From assembly GCF_947568905.1 (NCBI RefSeq), contig NC_079170.1:21762001-21826000 (forward strand): a stretch of DNA of 64,000 nt. Reading direction: 5' to 3'. Under the pieces are notes generated by a model. That model worked only from the letters and a program-made list of their open reading frames with translations. It was not told the DNA's origin and searched no databases. Position numbers and translations under genes: made by a program. How positions within the stretch are numbered: position 1 is the stretch's first letter; each line of letters begins with the position of its first letter. Shown one piece after another: positions 37,363-50,281 of the stretch. The DNA is from Ostrea edulis. Lineage: Eukaryota.

Positions 37363-40300
37363 ATGGATCAAGATGAAAGAATACGTGTAAGTAATGGCAA
37401 ATGTACAAATATATGCAATTCTTTATATTAAAAAATATGAGGGGAATTCAGCTGTTTCCATATCATTGCACTTTCAAATTCGATGATTGAATGTTGTACG
37501 CTAATTCTGATGTCGATATTGGTAGGTTCGAATTGGAATATTAATTAATCAAAAGAAATTCTTGAATAAAGAAGTAGGAAAGAAACAGGGTGATGTTCAA
37601 TAAAAATGTGCTTTAGATGTGGCCTAGCTGTTTGTCCCATAGAAATAAGCTATTTGATCATGTCCTACATGCCCTGTGAACGTTTTCGTTGTATTGTTTA
37701 ACTCAATGCTGATTGACAAAGGTCTGTGTCTATTGTATATTCATTGGATGATATGCAGTTTCTACCTCAATGCCAAGACTTAGTAATAGATAATGTATTT
37801 ATATCCATATCCTGTCCTGTCTATTCATCCCTCCGGGTATATCCGTCACTTTATGTTTTACGTTTCCTAGTCATGCTGTAATAGTATTTTGTGTTAGCTA
37901 TGATTGATTGGCTATTCTGTGATGTTTAGTATTTTGTGTTAGCTATGATTGATTGGCTATTCTGTGATGTTTAGTATTCTGTGTTAGCTATGATTGATTT
38001 GTTATTGTTTGATGTTTAGTATTTTGTGTTAGCTGTGATTGATTTGTTATTCTGTGATGTTTAGTATTTTGTGTTAGCTATGATTGATTTGCTATTCTGT
38101 GATGTTTAGTATTTTGTGTTAGCTATGATTGATTTGTTATTGTTTGATGTTTAGTATTTTGTGTTAGCTGTGATTGATTTGTTATTCTGTGATGTTTAGT
38201 ATTTTGTGTTAGCTGTGATTGATTTGTTATTCTGTGATGTTTAGTATTTTGTGTTAGCTGTGATTGATTTGTTATTCTGTGATGTTTAGTATTTTGTGTT
38301 AGCTGTGATTGATTTGTTATTCTGTGATGTTTAGTATTTTGTGTTAGCTGTGATTGATTTGTTATTGTGTGATGTTTAGTATTTTGTGTTAGCTGTGATT
38401 GATTTGTTATTGTGTGATGTTTAGTATTTTGTGTTAGCTGTGATTGATCTGTTATTGTTTGATGTTTAGTATTTTGTGTTAGCTGTGATTGATTTGTTAT
38501 TCTGTGATGTTTAGTATTTTGTGTTAGCTGTGATTGATTTGTTATTCTGTGATGTTTAGTATTTTGTGTTAGCTATGATTGATTTGTTATTGTGTGATGT
38601 TTAGTATTTTGTGTTAGCTGTGATTGATTTGTTATTCTGTGATGTTTAGTAATTTGTGTTAGCTATGATTGATTTGTTATTGTTTGATGTTTAGTATTTT
38701 GTGTTAGCTATGAATGATTTGTTATTGTTTGATGTTTAGTATTTTGTGTTAGCTGTGATTGATTTGCTATTCTGTGATGTTTAGTATTTTGTGTTAGCTG
38801 TTGTTGATGTGCTATTGTTTCATGTTTAGTATTTTGTGTTAGCTGTGATTGATTTGTTATTGTGTGATGTTTAGTATTTTGTGTTATCTGTGATTGATTT
38901 GCTAATCCGTGATGTTTAGTATTTTGTGTTAGCTGTGATTGATTTGCTATTGTGTGATGTTTATTATTTTGTGTTAGCTGTGATTGATTTGTTATTCTGT
39001 GATGTTTAGTATTTTGTGTTAGCTGTGATTGATTTGTTATTGTGTGGTGTTTAGTATTTTGTGTTAGCTGTGATTGATTCGCTATTCTGTGATGTTTAGT
39101 ATTTTGTGTTAGCTGTGATTGATTTGTTATTGTGTGGTGTTTAGTATTTTGTGTTAGCTATAATTGATTCGCTATTCTGTGATGTTTAGTATTTTGTGTT
39201 AGCTATAATTGATTTGCTATTCTGTGATGTTTAGTATTTTGTGTTAGCTGTGATTGATTTGGTATTCTGTAATATTAAGAACTTTGTGTTAGCTATAATT
39301 GATTTGCTATTCTGTGATGTTTAGTATTTTGTGTTAGCTGTGATTGATTTGGTATTCTGTAATATTAAGAACTTTGTGTTAGCTATAATTGATTTGCTAT
39401 TCTGTAATGTTTAGTACTTTGTGTTAGCTATAATTGATTTGCTATTCTGTGATGTTTAGTATTTTGTGTTAGCTATAATTGATTTGCTATTCTGTGATGT
39501 TTAGTATTTTGTGTTAGCTATAATTGATTTGGTATTCTGTAATGTTAAGAACTTTGTGTTAGCTATAATTGATTTGCTATTCTGTAATGTTTAGTACTTT
39601 GTGTTAGCTATGATTGATTTGCTATTCTGTAATGTTAAGAACTTTGTGTTAGTTGTCATTGATTCGCTATTCTGTAATGTTTAGTGTTTTGTGTTAGCTA
39701 TAATTGATTTGCTATTCTGTGATGTTTAATATTTTGTGTTAGCTATGATTGATTTGCTATTCTTTGATGTTTAGTATTTTGTGTTAACTGTGGTTGATTT
39801 GCTATTGTTTGATGTTTAGCATTTTGTGTTAGCTGTTGTTGATTTGCTATTGTTTGATGTTTAGTATTTTGTGTTGGCTGTGGTTGATTTGCTATTCTGT
39901 GATGTTTAGTATTTTGTGTTAGCTTTGATTGATTCGCTATTGTGTGATGTTTAGTATTTTGTGTTAGCTGTGATTGATTTGTTATTCTGTGATGTTTAGT
40001 ATTTTGTGTTAGCTGTGATTGATTTGTTATTCTGTGATGTTTAGTATTCTGTGTTAGCTGTAATTGATTTGTTATTGTGTGATGTTTAGTATTTTGTGTT
40101 AGCTGTGATTGATTTGTTATTGTGTGATGTTTAGTATTTTGTGTTAGCTGTGATTGATTTGTTATTCTGTGATGTTTAGTATTTTGTGTTAGCTGTTGTT
40201 GATGTGCTATTGTTTGATGTTTAGTATTTTGTGTTAGTTATGATTGATTTGTTATTCTGTGATGTTTAGTATTTTGTGTTAACTGTGGTTGATTTGCTAT

Positions 40301-42470
40301 TGTTTGATGTTTAGCATTTTGTGTTAGCTGTTGTTGATTTGCTATTGTTTGATGTTTAGTATTTTGTGTTGGCTGTGGTTGATTTGCTATTCTGTGATGT
40401 TTAGTATTTTGTGTTAGCTTTGATTGATTCGCTATTGTGTGATGTTTAGTATTTTGTGTTAGCTGTGATTGATTTGTTATTCTGTGATGTTTAGTATTTT
40501 GTGTTAGCTGTGATTGATTTGTTATTCTGTGATGTTTAGTATTCTGTGTTAGCTGTAATTGATTTGTTATTGTGTGATGTTTAGTATTTTGTGTTAGCTG
40601 TGATTGATTTGTTATTGTGTGATGTTTAGTATTTTGTGTTAGCTGTGATTGATTTGTTATTCTGTGATGTTTAGTATTTTGTGTTAGCTGTTGTTGATGT
40701 GCTATTGTTTGATGTTTAGTATTTTGTGTTAGTTATGATTGATTTGTTATTCTGTGATGTTTAGTATTTTGTGTTAACTGTGGTTAATTTGCTATTCTGT
40801 AATGTTTAGTATTTTGTGTTAGCTTTGATTGATTCGCTATTGTGTGATGTTTAGTGTTGTGTTTAGCTGGGATTGATGTGATATTCTGATGTGTTAGCTG
40901 GGGATGATTTGCTACTCCCTGACAAAATGATTTGTTCATTCCTATATTGTTGACAAGGATCTCTTAATTCAACTCAGGGATGTTTATCACCAGTAGTCAT
41001 TTCTTTAATATGATAGAGGATTAAATATCAGGTAATAAGGGAAATGTCATTTGATCATAGCTTGTTAAAAAGTCAATCGAATTTTCAATGCCACTCTTGG
41101 GTATATACATCAAACAACTTATGTACTATTTGATTGATAATTTGTGAGCCTTCTAGTTTCAGGGAAACGACCATAGGAGACAAAACTTAAACAGTAGCAT
41201 ATCATTTGACCCTGCCACCTTACAAAGGCCTCCTTCTATTCATTCTATTCGTTCTCTGAAAAGTGCGCAATCTTTCACATTCCAACCGGACCCCGCAGGA
41301 ATAATAACTGATGAAGAAAGAGATGCAGAATATTCTGCCCCTTCTAGTCCTGATCAAGGCCATTCAAACGTTCACGACGTACCGGAAACAGAACAAGTCA
41401 GGAACCTTTCTGCATCTGAGGGGAAGAAAGTAACCGATGAATATAAAGAAGCTGATACAATTGAAAAGAGCTCAGACGACATATCGGAACATGGAGGGTG
41501 CATAGAGTGTGTTAAGGCAATTCCAGTAATCTCGGGTGAGGAAATAGAGGAGGGCGACCACATTGTGTTTGCTGGAGCAGTATATGATCATCATGGAATT
41601 GTCGTTTCAAAAAGGAAAGACGGTAATGAAATTGAGATAGTGGAAGCAACCAACTCCATTTTCGGAGCAACTGCAGGCATTTTGTTCGGGGGAAAAGCGA
41701 ACGTTAAAAGTACTATTAAGACGTTTAACTTTATAACAGATCAAATAAGAATAGTTGTGTACAGAAAACCAAGATTTTCCAAGCAAGAAATCGCATGCCG
41801 TGCCAAGAAGTTTATCAATGAAGCTGACCCAAATAGGAAGAATTTTGATTATCATTTACTAGGGAATAATTGTGAGCATTTCACAACATTCTGCGTCACA
41901 GGAAAGAGATTCAGTGTTCAGGTCAGAAAATTCAGAATGATTGCATCAATTTTCGTTCGACGTGGATTTCGAGGAATCAGTGATGAAAAACTTCGAAATG
42001 AGAAGGAATTCGAAAACAACATCATATGCAAACAATGTTATGAAGTCAACAAGAAGCTCCTCAGTGCAAAAGTTACACCGATATTGCGTCATGATGACGT
42101 AAATGTAGGTGATGTCATCAGATATTCTTATTGGAATCTCTGGCACGATGCTGTAGTTCTGAGGACTGTCAAGAAAGATAGCAAGTTTGTGCTCTGTGAA
42201 ATAGCTCATTATTGTTTTCGTGGCCCCTTCTCTCATAGAGAAATTATCAGAGAGGAATTGAAAATTTATTTCAAGGGCAATGTCATTGTTCTTCATTACG
42301 AACCCCCGAATTACGATGTTTACGACCCGGAAGTTGTAGTTCACAGGGCAGAAAAGCGAATGCAAGAGAAATGCTTTGCCTTTTTCTCCAATGATTCCAG
42401 TCACTACGCCCGCTGGTGCAAGTTAAAACTAGTACGGCAATCTGCAATGGTGATGGAGACTGCGGTGTAG
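37363..42470 (+). CDS. Tandem double LRAT/PLAAT-like protein, copy 2, 443 aa
   Basis: Exon 1 37363-37386 (MDQDERIR|gtaagt) plus exon 2 41163-42470 (tttcag|GNDHRR...). Exon 2 is open for 435 codons with no early ATG, so splicing is required. NCEHF and NDSSHY are both retained. Confidence 0.9.
37880..40900. repeat. 45-bp intronic minisatellite, ~67 copies, with a 495-bp block duplication
   Basis: gatgtttagt at 37921, 37966, 38011 and onward; the variant block starting aactgtgg recurs at 39786 and 40281. Confidence 0.95.
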
Positions 42471-43194
42471 AAGGTATCGGTGTTAGAATGTGATTTTGAG
42501 ATCGTGCATTGTTCACAAAACACAAACAGAATATTTTTCCATGCATGATTTTACTGCATGATGTGTAAATGATATTCGGTATGCTATTTGTAAATTACGG
42601 TGTATAGATGCATATTGACTGTGAGTTTTATATGAAGTTTTTTTTTTTTTTTTTTATAATTGACATGTATACATTGTATTTTCGGCAAAATTAAGGGCTT
42701 ATGAATGCGATATTTTTATGTAATTAATAGATTTCCAGACTTTTTACCATGCTTGCCGAGACTGATGTTTGTAGATGTGTATTATGATTATTTGATGTGT
42801 ATTATGATTATTTGATGTGTATTATGATTATTTGACTTTCTAGGCTGTCAATCCTTTATCTAATGAGTTAATCCATTTTTTTTATTTAAAAGATTTAAAT
42901 TTAGTTTCTTTTGTCTTTTTTACTCCATGCTTTATTCACAGTGCTTGATGAGAAATATTTCGGGGTACGAGTTAATTCTTGCACTGATAATTACCATCTT
43001 TAATCAACTCGTCCTCGTTTGAGAAGAATTACGTGACCCATTATCACTTCGCGCTTCACCCATTGGACAATTAGGACTTGAATGCTCCCTAGAAAACAAT
43101 GACTATTTTAAGCCAAACACAATAAGCATGTAACTTGCAGAGTATATACAGCTGTACCTTTGTAAATTTAGTGCTATGTGTTTTGTTTATTCAG

Positions 43195-43465
43195 ATATTG
43201 ATTGATTGAATATTGTTTAACGTCCCTCTCGAGAATATTTAACTCATATGGAGACGTCACCATTGCCGGTGAAGGGCTGCACAATTTAGGCCTATGCTCG
43301 GCGCTTACGGCTATTGAGCAGGGAGGAATTTTTATCGTGCCACACCTGCTGTGACACGGGACCTCGTTTTTTGCAGTCTCATCCGAAGGACTGTCCACAT
43401 TTAGTCACCTCGTACGACAAGCAAGGGATACTGAGGACTTATTCTAACCCGGATCCCCACGGGAA
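43195..43465 (-). mobile_element. SINE, near full length
   Basis: Reverse complement of the 62353-62612 family, with a (TTGA)n tail. Confidence 0.9.
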
Positions 43466-43567
43466 TTCAGATATTGAAATATGTTTGCCCTAGATGTATC
43501 TTGCAGTTTAATTTCAACAATGTGAACTGTTCTTGACAATCTTTCACTTTGTTAATCGTCTGATTAT

Positions 43568-43598
<31 letters not shown>

Positions 43599-45530
43599 TA
43601 ATAATAAAAAAAACAAAAACCAATAGCGGTTAATACATGTAATACGTATAATTTTTGTTTAATTGTCAAATTTCTGATACTGATAAATTGTTATGATTTA
43701 ATGATCAATGTTATTCAATAAAATAAAGATCTGAATATAGTTTCTTTTGTGTATCAAGGAGGAATGATGATGCATAAAAATACATTTTCTAAATCTTTAT
43801 TATATCATAATACATGACAGTCAGAGGAAGACATTTTGATCAACTTCCAACATCAAATTGTGATTAATGAAATGAATTATGGCAATACGATTAAATGACC
43901 TAAGTTCTCTCAGTGGTATGAATGACAAATTCAAAAACATAGTTTGAAAATGTATTTACAAAACTTGGCACAATTCAGCGTAACACATGAAATAGGCTAA
44001 ATCAACTCATCTCCTCTCCATCCTTGTCAGATTTTGAAATTCCTGTGATGTGGCAAATATCTAATCAATGAAGCAGAGGTCCTACAGTACATTACTATAT
44101 ATAGTCATCTATCTAGCTTTAAAAGGAGTCATTCTTATATATTCTATATTACTTATAAACTAAGCATAAATGTGTAATGTCTTATTCTACTATGGACATT
44201 ATCGAACAAACATTCAAGTGTTTGGTTGAACATTTTGAAGACAATTTTCAACATACCATGTCCCATGTAAAATCCCACCACTCAATGCAATTTACAATAT
44301 TTGTTTCTTTTATGAACTGAACATTGTTAAACCATGTCCTATGTGAAATCCCACCACTCAATACAATTCACAATATTTGTTTCTTCTATCTGGACATTGT
44401 TAAATCAAAATAATTAAATCAATCGAGGTTGAATTCAATATAGGTGTAATTGAAAGGAGTGGGTCATCGAATTAGGCAATGGTTAAGTAAATTGTTCTTC
44501 AATAATCTACTTTACATAATTCAATTCAACAACCTATTCTAAGATGAGTTTTTAAAACACTTACAATCTGGAATACAGAGAGACAAAACAACATTTAAAA
44601 CATAATTTATGTAGCAATAACAACTAACATCAAAATATATAACCAAAAGAAAAAAAATTAAATATAAACAACCATGAAAATAATTGCAGCTATTCATTTG
44701 TATCAAAAACACAGCAACATTACAGTTGATCAATTAGGCTTGGACGAAGGTTACAAACAGTCAACAAAATAATTACCAAACAGAGTATCAAATTCCATGT
44801 CCTTTAAATCAATGAATGAAGGTCAAACAATTAGCAGTATTTTGTTTTCGGAATCCTATTTCTTACTACCCTTACTGAAAATTATATAGCAAACCAAATA
44901 GTTTTACCAAAACCTTCCATGAAATCGTTGATAGTCTGAATAAGTTTCCATATTTCAACATAATAAGCATTAAAAACTTTTGCTTTTTTACGTAATAACC
45001 TTGGCTTCATTAGAGTAAATCGTTGATACTGTTGTTAACTTTTCAGTCATATGGTAAAAAACTTTGATACTTTCATTTTCCGTGGATACTTTCATTTTCT
45101 GTGGACACTTTCATTTTCTTCAGTAAAAACTTTGATACTACAGTTAGCTTTTGGTTAAGGTCATGTGATATCATGATGCCATTGCTGAACCGAACACATG
45201 CTATGCCATATCCATAGTGTGTCGCTCTTGTAGTGTTTTATCATAATGGATGTAATTAATTATCTCAATCTGAAAGAATAAAACATGTACAGAGATTAAC
45301 ATGGAGAGAGAGATAGAGAGTTGGGTCAATCAATACATTTGTAGATCCAACTGTTTTTGATCCAATAGAATTATATCGAACCATATCGGATGCTGTTTAC
45401 TGAAGGGTGTACTTTACATGCAAACATTTTGACGCATGGATGTATAACCTGTTGATTATAAACAATACTCGTGTTATGCAGATAAATGTTTGGGGAAACA
45501 GCCGATCCTGTACGGATGTAACATTGTATA

Positions 45531-46637
45531 CTTACATGTATTAGATGTACTCTATGCTGATCACTGTCATTCTCGTGTTCCTCTGAACATTTTGCACACG
45601 TGATCTTTTATACTTGGCTTTGATGATATAGACTATAACAATGGCTAGCACCAAGGCAGCAGTAATTCCAGCTATCCACCCTCCAATTTCATATCTGTCA
45701 AATATAAGAAAATTATATCAACTCCAGCTATCCACCCTCCAATTTCATATCTGTCAAATATAAGAAAATCGTAACGCCAGCTACCCACCCTCCAATTTCA
45801 ATTCTGTCAAATATACAGAAAATTGTAACACCAGCTACCCGCCCTCCAATTTCATTTTTGTCAAATATACAGAAAATCGTAACGCCAGCTACCCGCCCTC
45901 CAATTTCAATTCTGTCAAATATACAGAAAATCGTAACGCCAGCTACCCGCCCTCCAATTTCATTTTTGTCAAATATACAGAAAATCGTAAATCCAGCTAC
46001 CCACCCTCCAATTTCAATTCTGTCAAATATACAGAAAACCGTAACGTCAGCTACCCGCCCTCCAATTTCATTTTTGTCAAATATACAGAAAATCGTAACG
46101 CCAGCTACCCGCCCTCCAATTTCAATTCTGTCAAATATACAGAAAACCGTAACGTCAGCTACCCGCCCTCCAATTTCATTTTTGTCAAATATACAGAAAA
46201 TCGTAAATCCAGCTACCCACCCTCTAATTTCAATTTTGTCAAATATACAGAAAATTCACAGAATTATGTTTTCGTGTGACTTTGGATACTCAAAGTTTAC
46301 ATATGTTTTATTACTACCAAATAGAATGTCAAAAATCCCTTTTTTCTATGTACCTGTTGTCAGTTATGCACAAACATCCCTTCTTGTGTGCATATGATAC
46401 AATAAAACTGTAGTGTAACGCCGTGGTTTCGTATTCTAAATGTACTCACTTTTATCGACAATTGACAATACATTTACACTGTACTTTCTTCAATATATAG
46501 TTAGAAATATAAGCTCGAATTATGACACCCCCCCCCACCAAAAAAAATCTGAAAAATGTGTAACTTACGGCATTCTGTAATGCAAATCTATGTCATGTAA
46601 CCCGAAAAGTACCGATCCTCATTGACCGCTTGAAAAT
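45531..46637 (-). pseudogene. CYYR1/Shisa-like paralog B, probably pseudogenised
   Basis: TM exon from 45694 (ttgacag|A TAT; phase 2 as in A and C): YEIGGWIAGITAALVLAIVIVYIIKAKYKRSRV, compared with IIRAKYNRSRV in C. A candidate exon 2 at 46637-46569 has good splice sites but an in-frame TAG and the wrong phase. A TAA precedes the donor at ~45535. Confidence 0.6.
45668..46255 (-). repeat. 54-bp minisatellite (11 units) built from the TM-exon 3' splice site of paralog B
   Basis: Minus-strand unit TTTTCTGTATATTTGACAG|AATTGAAATTGGAGGGCGGGTAGCTGGCGTTACGA. Confidence 0.9.
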
Positions 46638-48674
46638 CTGCGAAAGAAAGTTTTATATTTAAAAAAAAAAACAACAACTTTAGATCTAAAGTTACACCAA
46701 AACGTACCATAGTGTAACGAAGCTCATTTTATCGTTGTATGCAGGTTTATTACAGTCTGATTAAAACCAGCCCCCCTCCCCCTCTTCTCCTATCGTCAGA
46801 CGACGATAGGACAAGAGGAAGTGGTTTTGATNNNNNNNNNNNNNNNNNNNNNNNNNNNNNNNNNNNNNNNNNNNNNNNNNNNNNNNNNNNNNNNNNNNNN
46901 NNNNNNNNNNNNNNNNNNNNNNNNNNNNNNNNNNNNNNNNNNNNNNNNNNNNNNNNNNNNNNNNNNNNNNNNNNNNNNNNNNNNNNNNNNNGTTGATGTA
47001 TGTATAATACAAGAATATAGATTTTCGTTTAACTAAAGGAACCAAATTGATATTCCGACTGCTATAGAAAAAATGTTTTCGTTATGGGTTTATTAGTATA
47101 ATAAATTATTCTTATTCGTTTTGTAGATTATCATATGCTCTCAGGCATGCATTTTCGGAGTGCAAACCATTCACAAAATATTCAGATATAAACCCCCGTG
47201 AAATGACTTACCCCTGATGAAATCGTTCCCTATAGTGTAATCAAGTGGATATAAGAAATCCCCAAGAAATTATGCAATTTCTACTAAACATCTTTCTATT
47301 AAACGCATCGAAGATGAACGTTATCCAATAACGGGCACATTTAAAGTTAGAGTACCTGGGACACTAAACCATTGTTCTCAATCTTTGTTTCAATCTCATT
47401 GGGATCATTGGCATGTTTTGATTGGTGACCTCAATCTTAACAATAAGATAGCCCGTACTGAAGACGTTAATATTTTATTAATATAAACTTAATACACGCA
47501 CCGTAACAATAAACGAAGGAATCGTTAAAGAATGATTGTTTACACGAAACCGCATGTATATAGAGAACAGTCTTTCTTGGCCGCCGTAAAACTGATCATT
47601 TTAAGAAATAGTCATTTAGATGTCAATTCATAACGATACCATGCACATGTACATTACAATACAGATTGCGTGATTTGTCTTTGATAGACATGATCATTTG
47701 GAGCTTATGTCATTAAAGTGATGGCATTTCTCAATTTTTACCCAAATCTAGCTAAAAATTTTTTTATAATTTCGCAAACGTTTTCCTTTACAAAAACATT
47801 AAGAGTATCTCCAGAAGATTAGACAAAGTTCCAAAAGAGAAAAACAAATACATGTGCGAAAGGATTTTTAAGCAATAGGACGACTCTGGAATTTTGGGAG
47901 CCAAATAGAACCCTTATCATACAGTTCTTTTGACAATAATAGTATGAAAATTGACATACAGTAAGGTAAAAGAACAAAAGTAAAATAATCGATTCAAAAA
48001 AAAAAAAAATGTTCATCGTTTTCATAGTTTTCACTTTATTTATTTAATAAAATACTCCATCAAATCTGGGGATGGCCACGAGGTACAGCATTGATGTCAC
48101 CAGAAGATTAGCCTAGTGATAGGATGTTGGTTGTTTTACGTGCCTTTAGATATGTCATTGGCTTTAGGAGAAGTACCACGAATTTTGATCAATGCATGGC
48201 GATTACCAGTGTAGCAGTGAGAGTTCTTTAAAGAATGAGAGTACCAAAGCCCCGGGTGCGTAACCCGGACGCAGTTTATCCAAGATTTGAGCAAAGGAAT
48301 ACATGTTTAAGCGTTGTGTGGTTAGCTAATATCAAGAGAGAAATTATTTGGAATTGAAATACAATGTAAATGTTATAGAAGTCGAAATCAATTGTCAGGA
48401 TGAACAATTATTGCATAAAATCGCGGAAATTACCATGGTAGGGGTGTGTTTGAAATGAAAAGTGTCGTTATGTGTTGTAAAAAGAAAGCACAAATTTTAC
48501 CTACAAAAGCAACGGGATTTATTCAATTATTGTCGGTTTGTTTTCCCCATTAGTACTTGGAATGAACTTTCAAAAGTTGGCAGTCATTTGTCTAAAATTA
48601 ATATAGTAAATTAGTGAGAGGGCCAAAGGCTAGTATTGATGTCTATTGGAACTGTTGCTTTTCCCTTCTATTGA

Positions 48675-49137
48675 TCGGACGCCTGCCGTGACACAGTACC
48701 TATGATCGGACGCCCACCGTGACACAGTACCCTATGATCGGACGCCTGCTGTGACACAGTACCCTATGATTGGACGCCCACCGTGACACAGCACCCTATG
48801 ATCGGACGCCTGCTGTGACACAGTACCCTATGATTGGACGCCCACCGTGACACAGCACCCTATGATCGGACGCCTACCGTGACACAGTACCCTATGATCG
48901 GATGCCCATCGTGACACAGTACCCTATGATCGGACGCCTGCCGTGATACAGTACCCTCTGATCGGACGCCTACCATGACACAGCACTCTATGTTCACAAG
49001 ACCCGCGCCTTTCACTTCTAATACCGGGTAGCCAAGGAACAGTCACTACTCATGTTGAACGTCTTTGGTTTGACGCGACTCCGGGACTGAGAATCGTAGC
49101 CTGGTCTCTGGATCCTTAACCACTAGGCCACCGCGTC
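48675..49137 (-). mobile_element. tRNA-derived SINE head followed by a 32-bp minisatellite (~10 copies)
   Basis: Minus strand GACGCGGTGGCCTAGTGGTTAAGG (A-box-like), then a unit containing GTGTCACGGCAGGCGTCCGATCATAGGG. Confidence 0.65.
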
Positions 49138-49342
49138 AGGTAAGAAAGGAAGAATTGACGCTACGAGATGGTTTGCCTAGTAACAATGCTAACGAATGTG
49201 TAAATGAAAGAAGATAGATCTGGGTTGCATGAGTAATCCTTTAAGGTAGCTCACTACACTAAAGCTTATACTCTGTATGACACCACGTCACAGATGGCGA
49301 TTTAAATGTTTTGTGAAATTATTTGTATCGATCGATTTGTTT

Positions 49343-49462
49343 GTTTATCATCGTAGCTCAGTGGTTAAAGCATTGGGCTGTATGAAGATTATCAATAAAA
49401 GAGAAGAAAAAAAGCATTGGGCTGGTAAACCGCAAATTTTGAGTTCAAATATCCCAGCGTCT
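49343..49462 (+). other. tRNA-like or SINE-head relic with a short A-rich insertion
   Basis: GTAGCTCAGTGGTTAAAGCATTGGGCTG..GTAAACCG..GAGTTCAAAT; aagcattgggctg is duplicated around ~30 nt. Confidence 0.4.
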
Positions 49463-50281
49463 TTTGTTCATATGTGTTGAAATAATTTTTTTTTTGAAAA
49501 TCATGTTTTTATCCAAATTTGTATTTTTTTCCTCGCTTTGATATATATACGTATTGTATATCATCATATCTTTTATAATTAAATCAATTCGTACTGATTC
49601 GAGAAACTATTTCTGGGTGTAGTGAGCCACCTTAATTAAATATTATAATGTTAGAATCATTCTTCGATCGCGTATCGCTGCACACTGTTAATACCAGCAG
49701 GTTTGATTGCACACGTTGCAGACCATTGAGTTTTGTTGAGAGGTTGCCAAAGAAAGAATATCAGCCCGGGATTTAATTCATCAACCTTACCTAAATGTCG
49801 TCCTGTGTCTTCTACAGGGCTAAAACTGCACGGTCACTCTCACCAATTACAGGATTTACCACGGTTAACTTCAGTGTATGATTGCATGTACGGTTACTCC
49901 ATGGATATCTGGACTTGTAACAAATTGTTTTACGCGCTCAAATTAATGACCGTACATTAACCTTTGAAATGAATGGAGTGCCACGGATACCATTCATCTT
50001 TAAATGATATCATGTACATTAATGAACAATGTGGGTACGCGTGTTTTAATACCTGGTCACAAAAAGACTGCGAGGCGATGAAGAATTCAGATCGGCCGTT
50101 TAGCCGCTTGTACACTTTTCCATTAAAGTACTCTGTTAATTCATATGTACCCCGGATTAGACAGCGGAGTGCCCTTTACTAATCTAGAAGTGAAAATGCA
50201 AAATTTGTATATAAATATAAGAATAGTTAGTCATGTACTGGTCATTAATTACTAGAATGATTAGGAAACGACACAAGGAGA

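Larger units (their letters stand above)
30601..44650 (+). repeat. Segmental duplication unit B
   Basis: Colinear with unit A; larger because of the Gypsy insertion and the expanded VNTR. Confidence 0.9.

Noticed and set aside
45858-46397. Mucin-like repeat ORF SNIQKIVTPATRPPISIL
   Set aside because: Antisense reading of a 54-bp VNTR whose parent is a minus-strand splice acceptor.
47819-48034. ORF with FSYYYCQKNC as a possible further paralog or exon of B
   Set aside because: No supporting splice sites or C-x10-C spacing; it includes a poly(T) run and may be chance.
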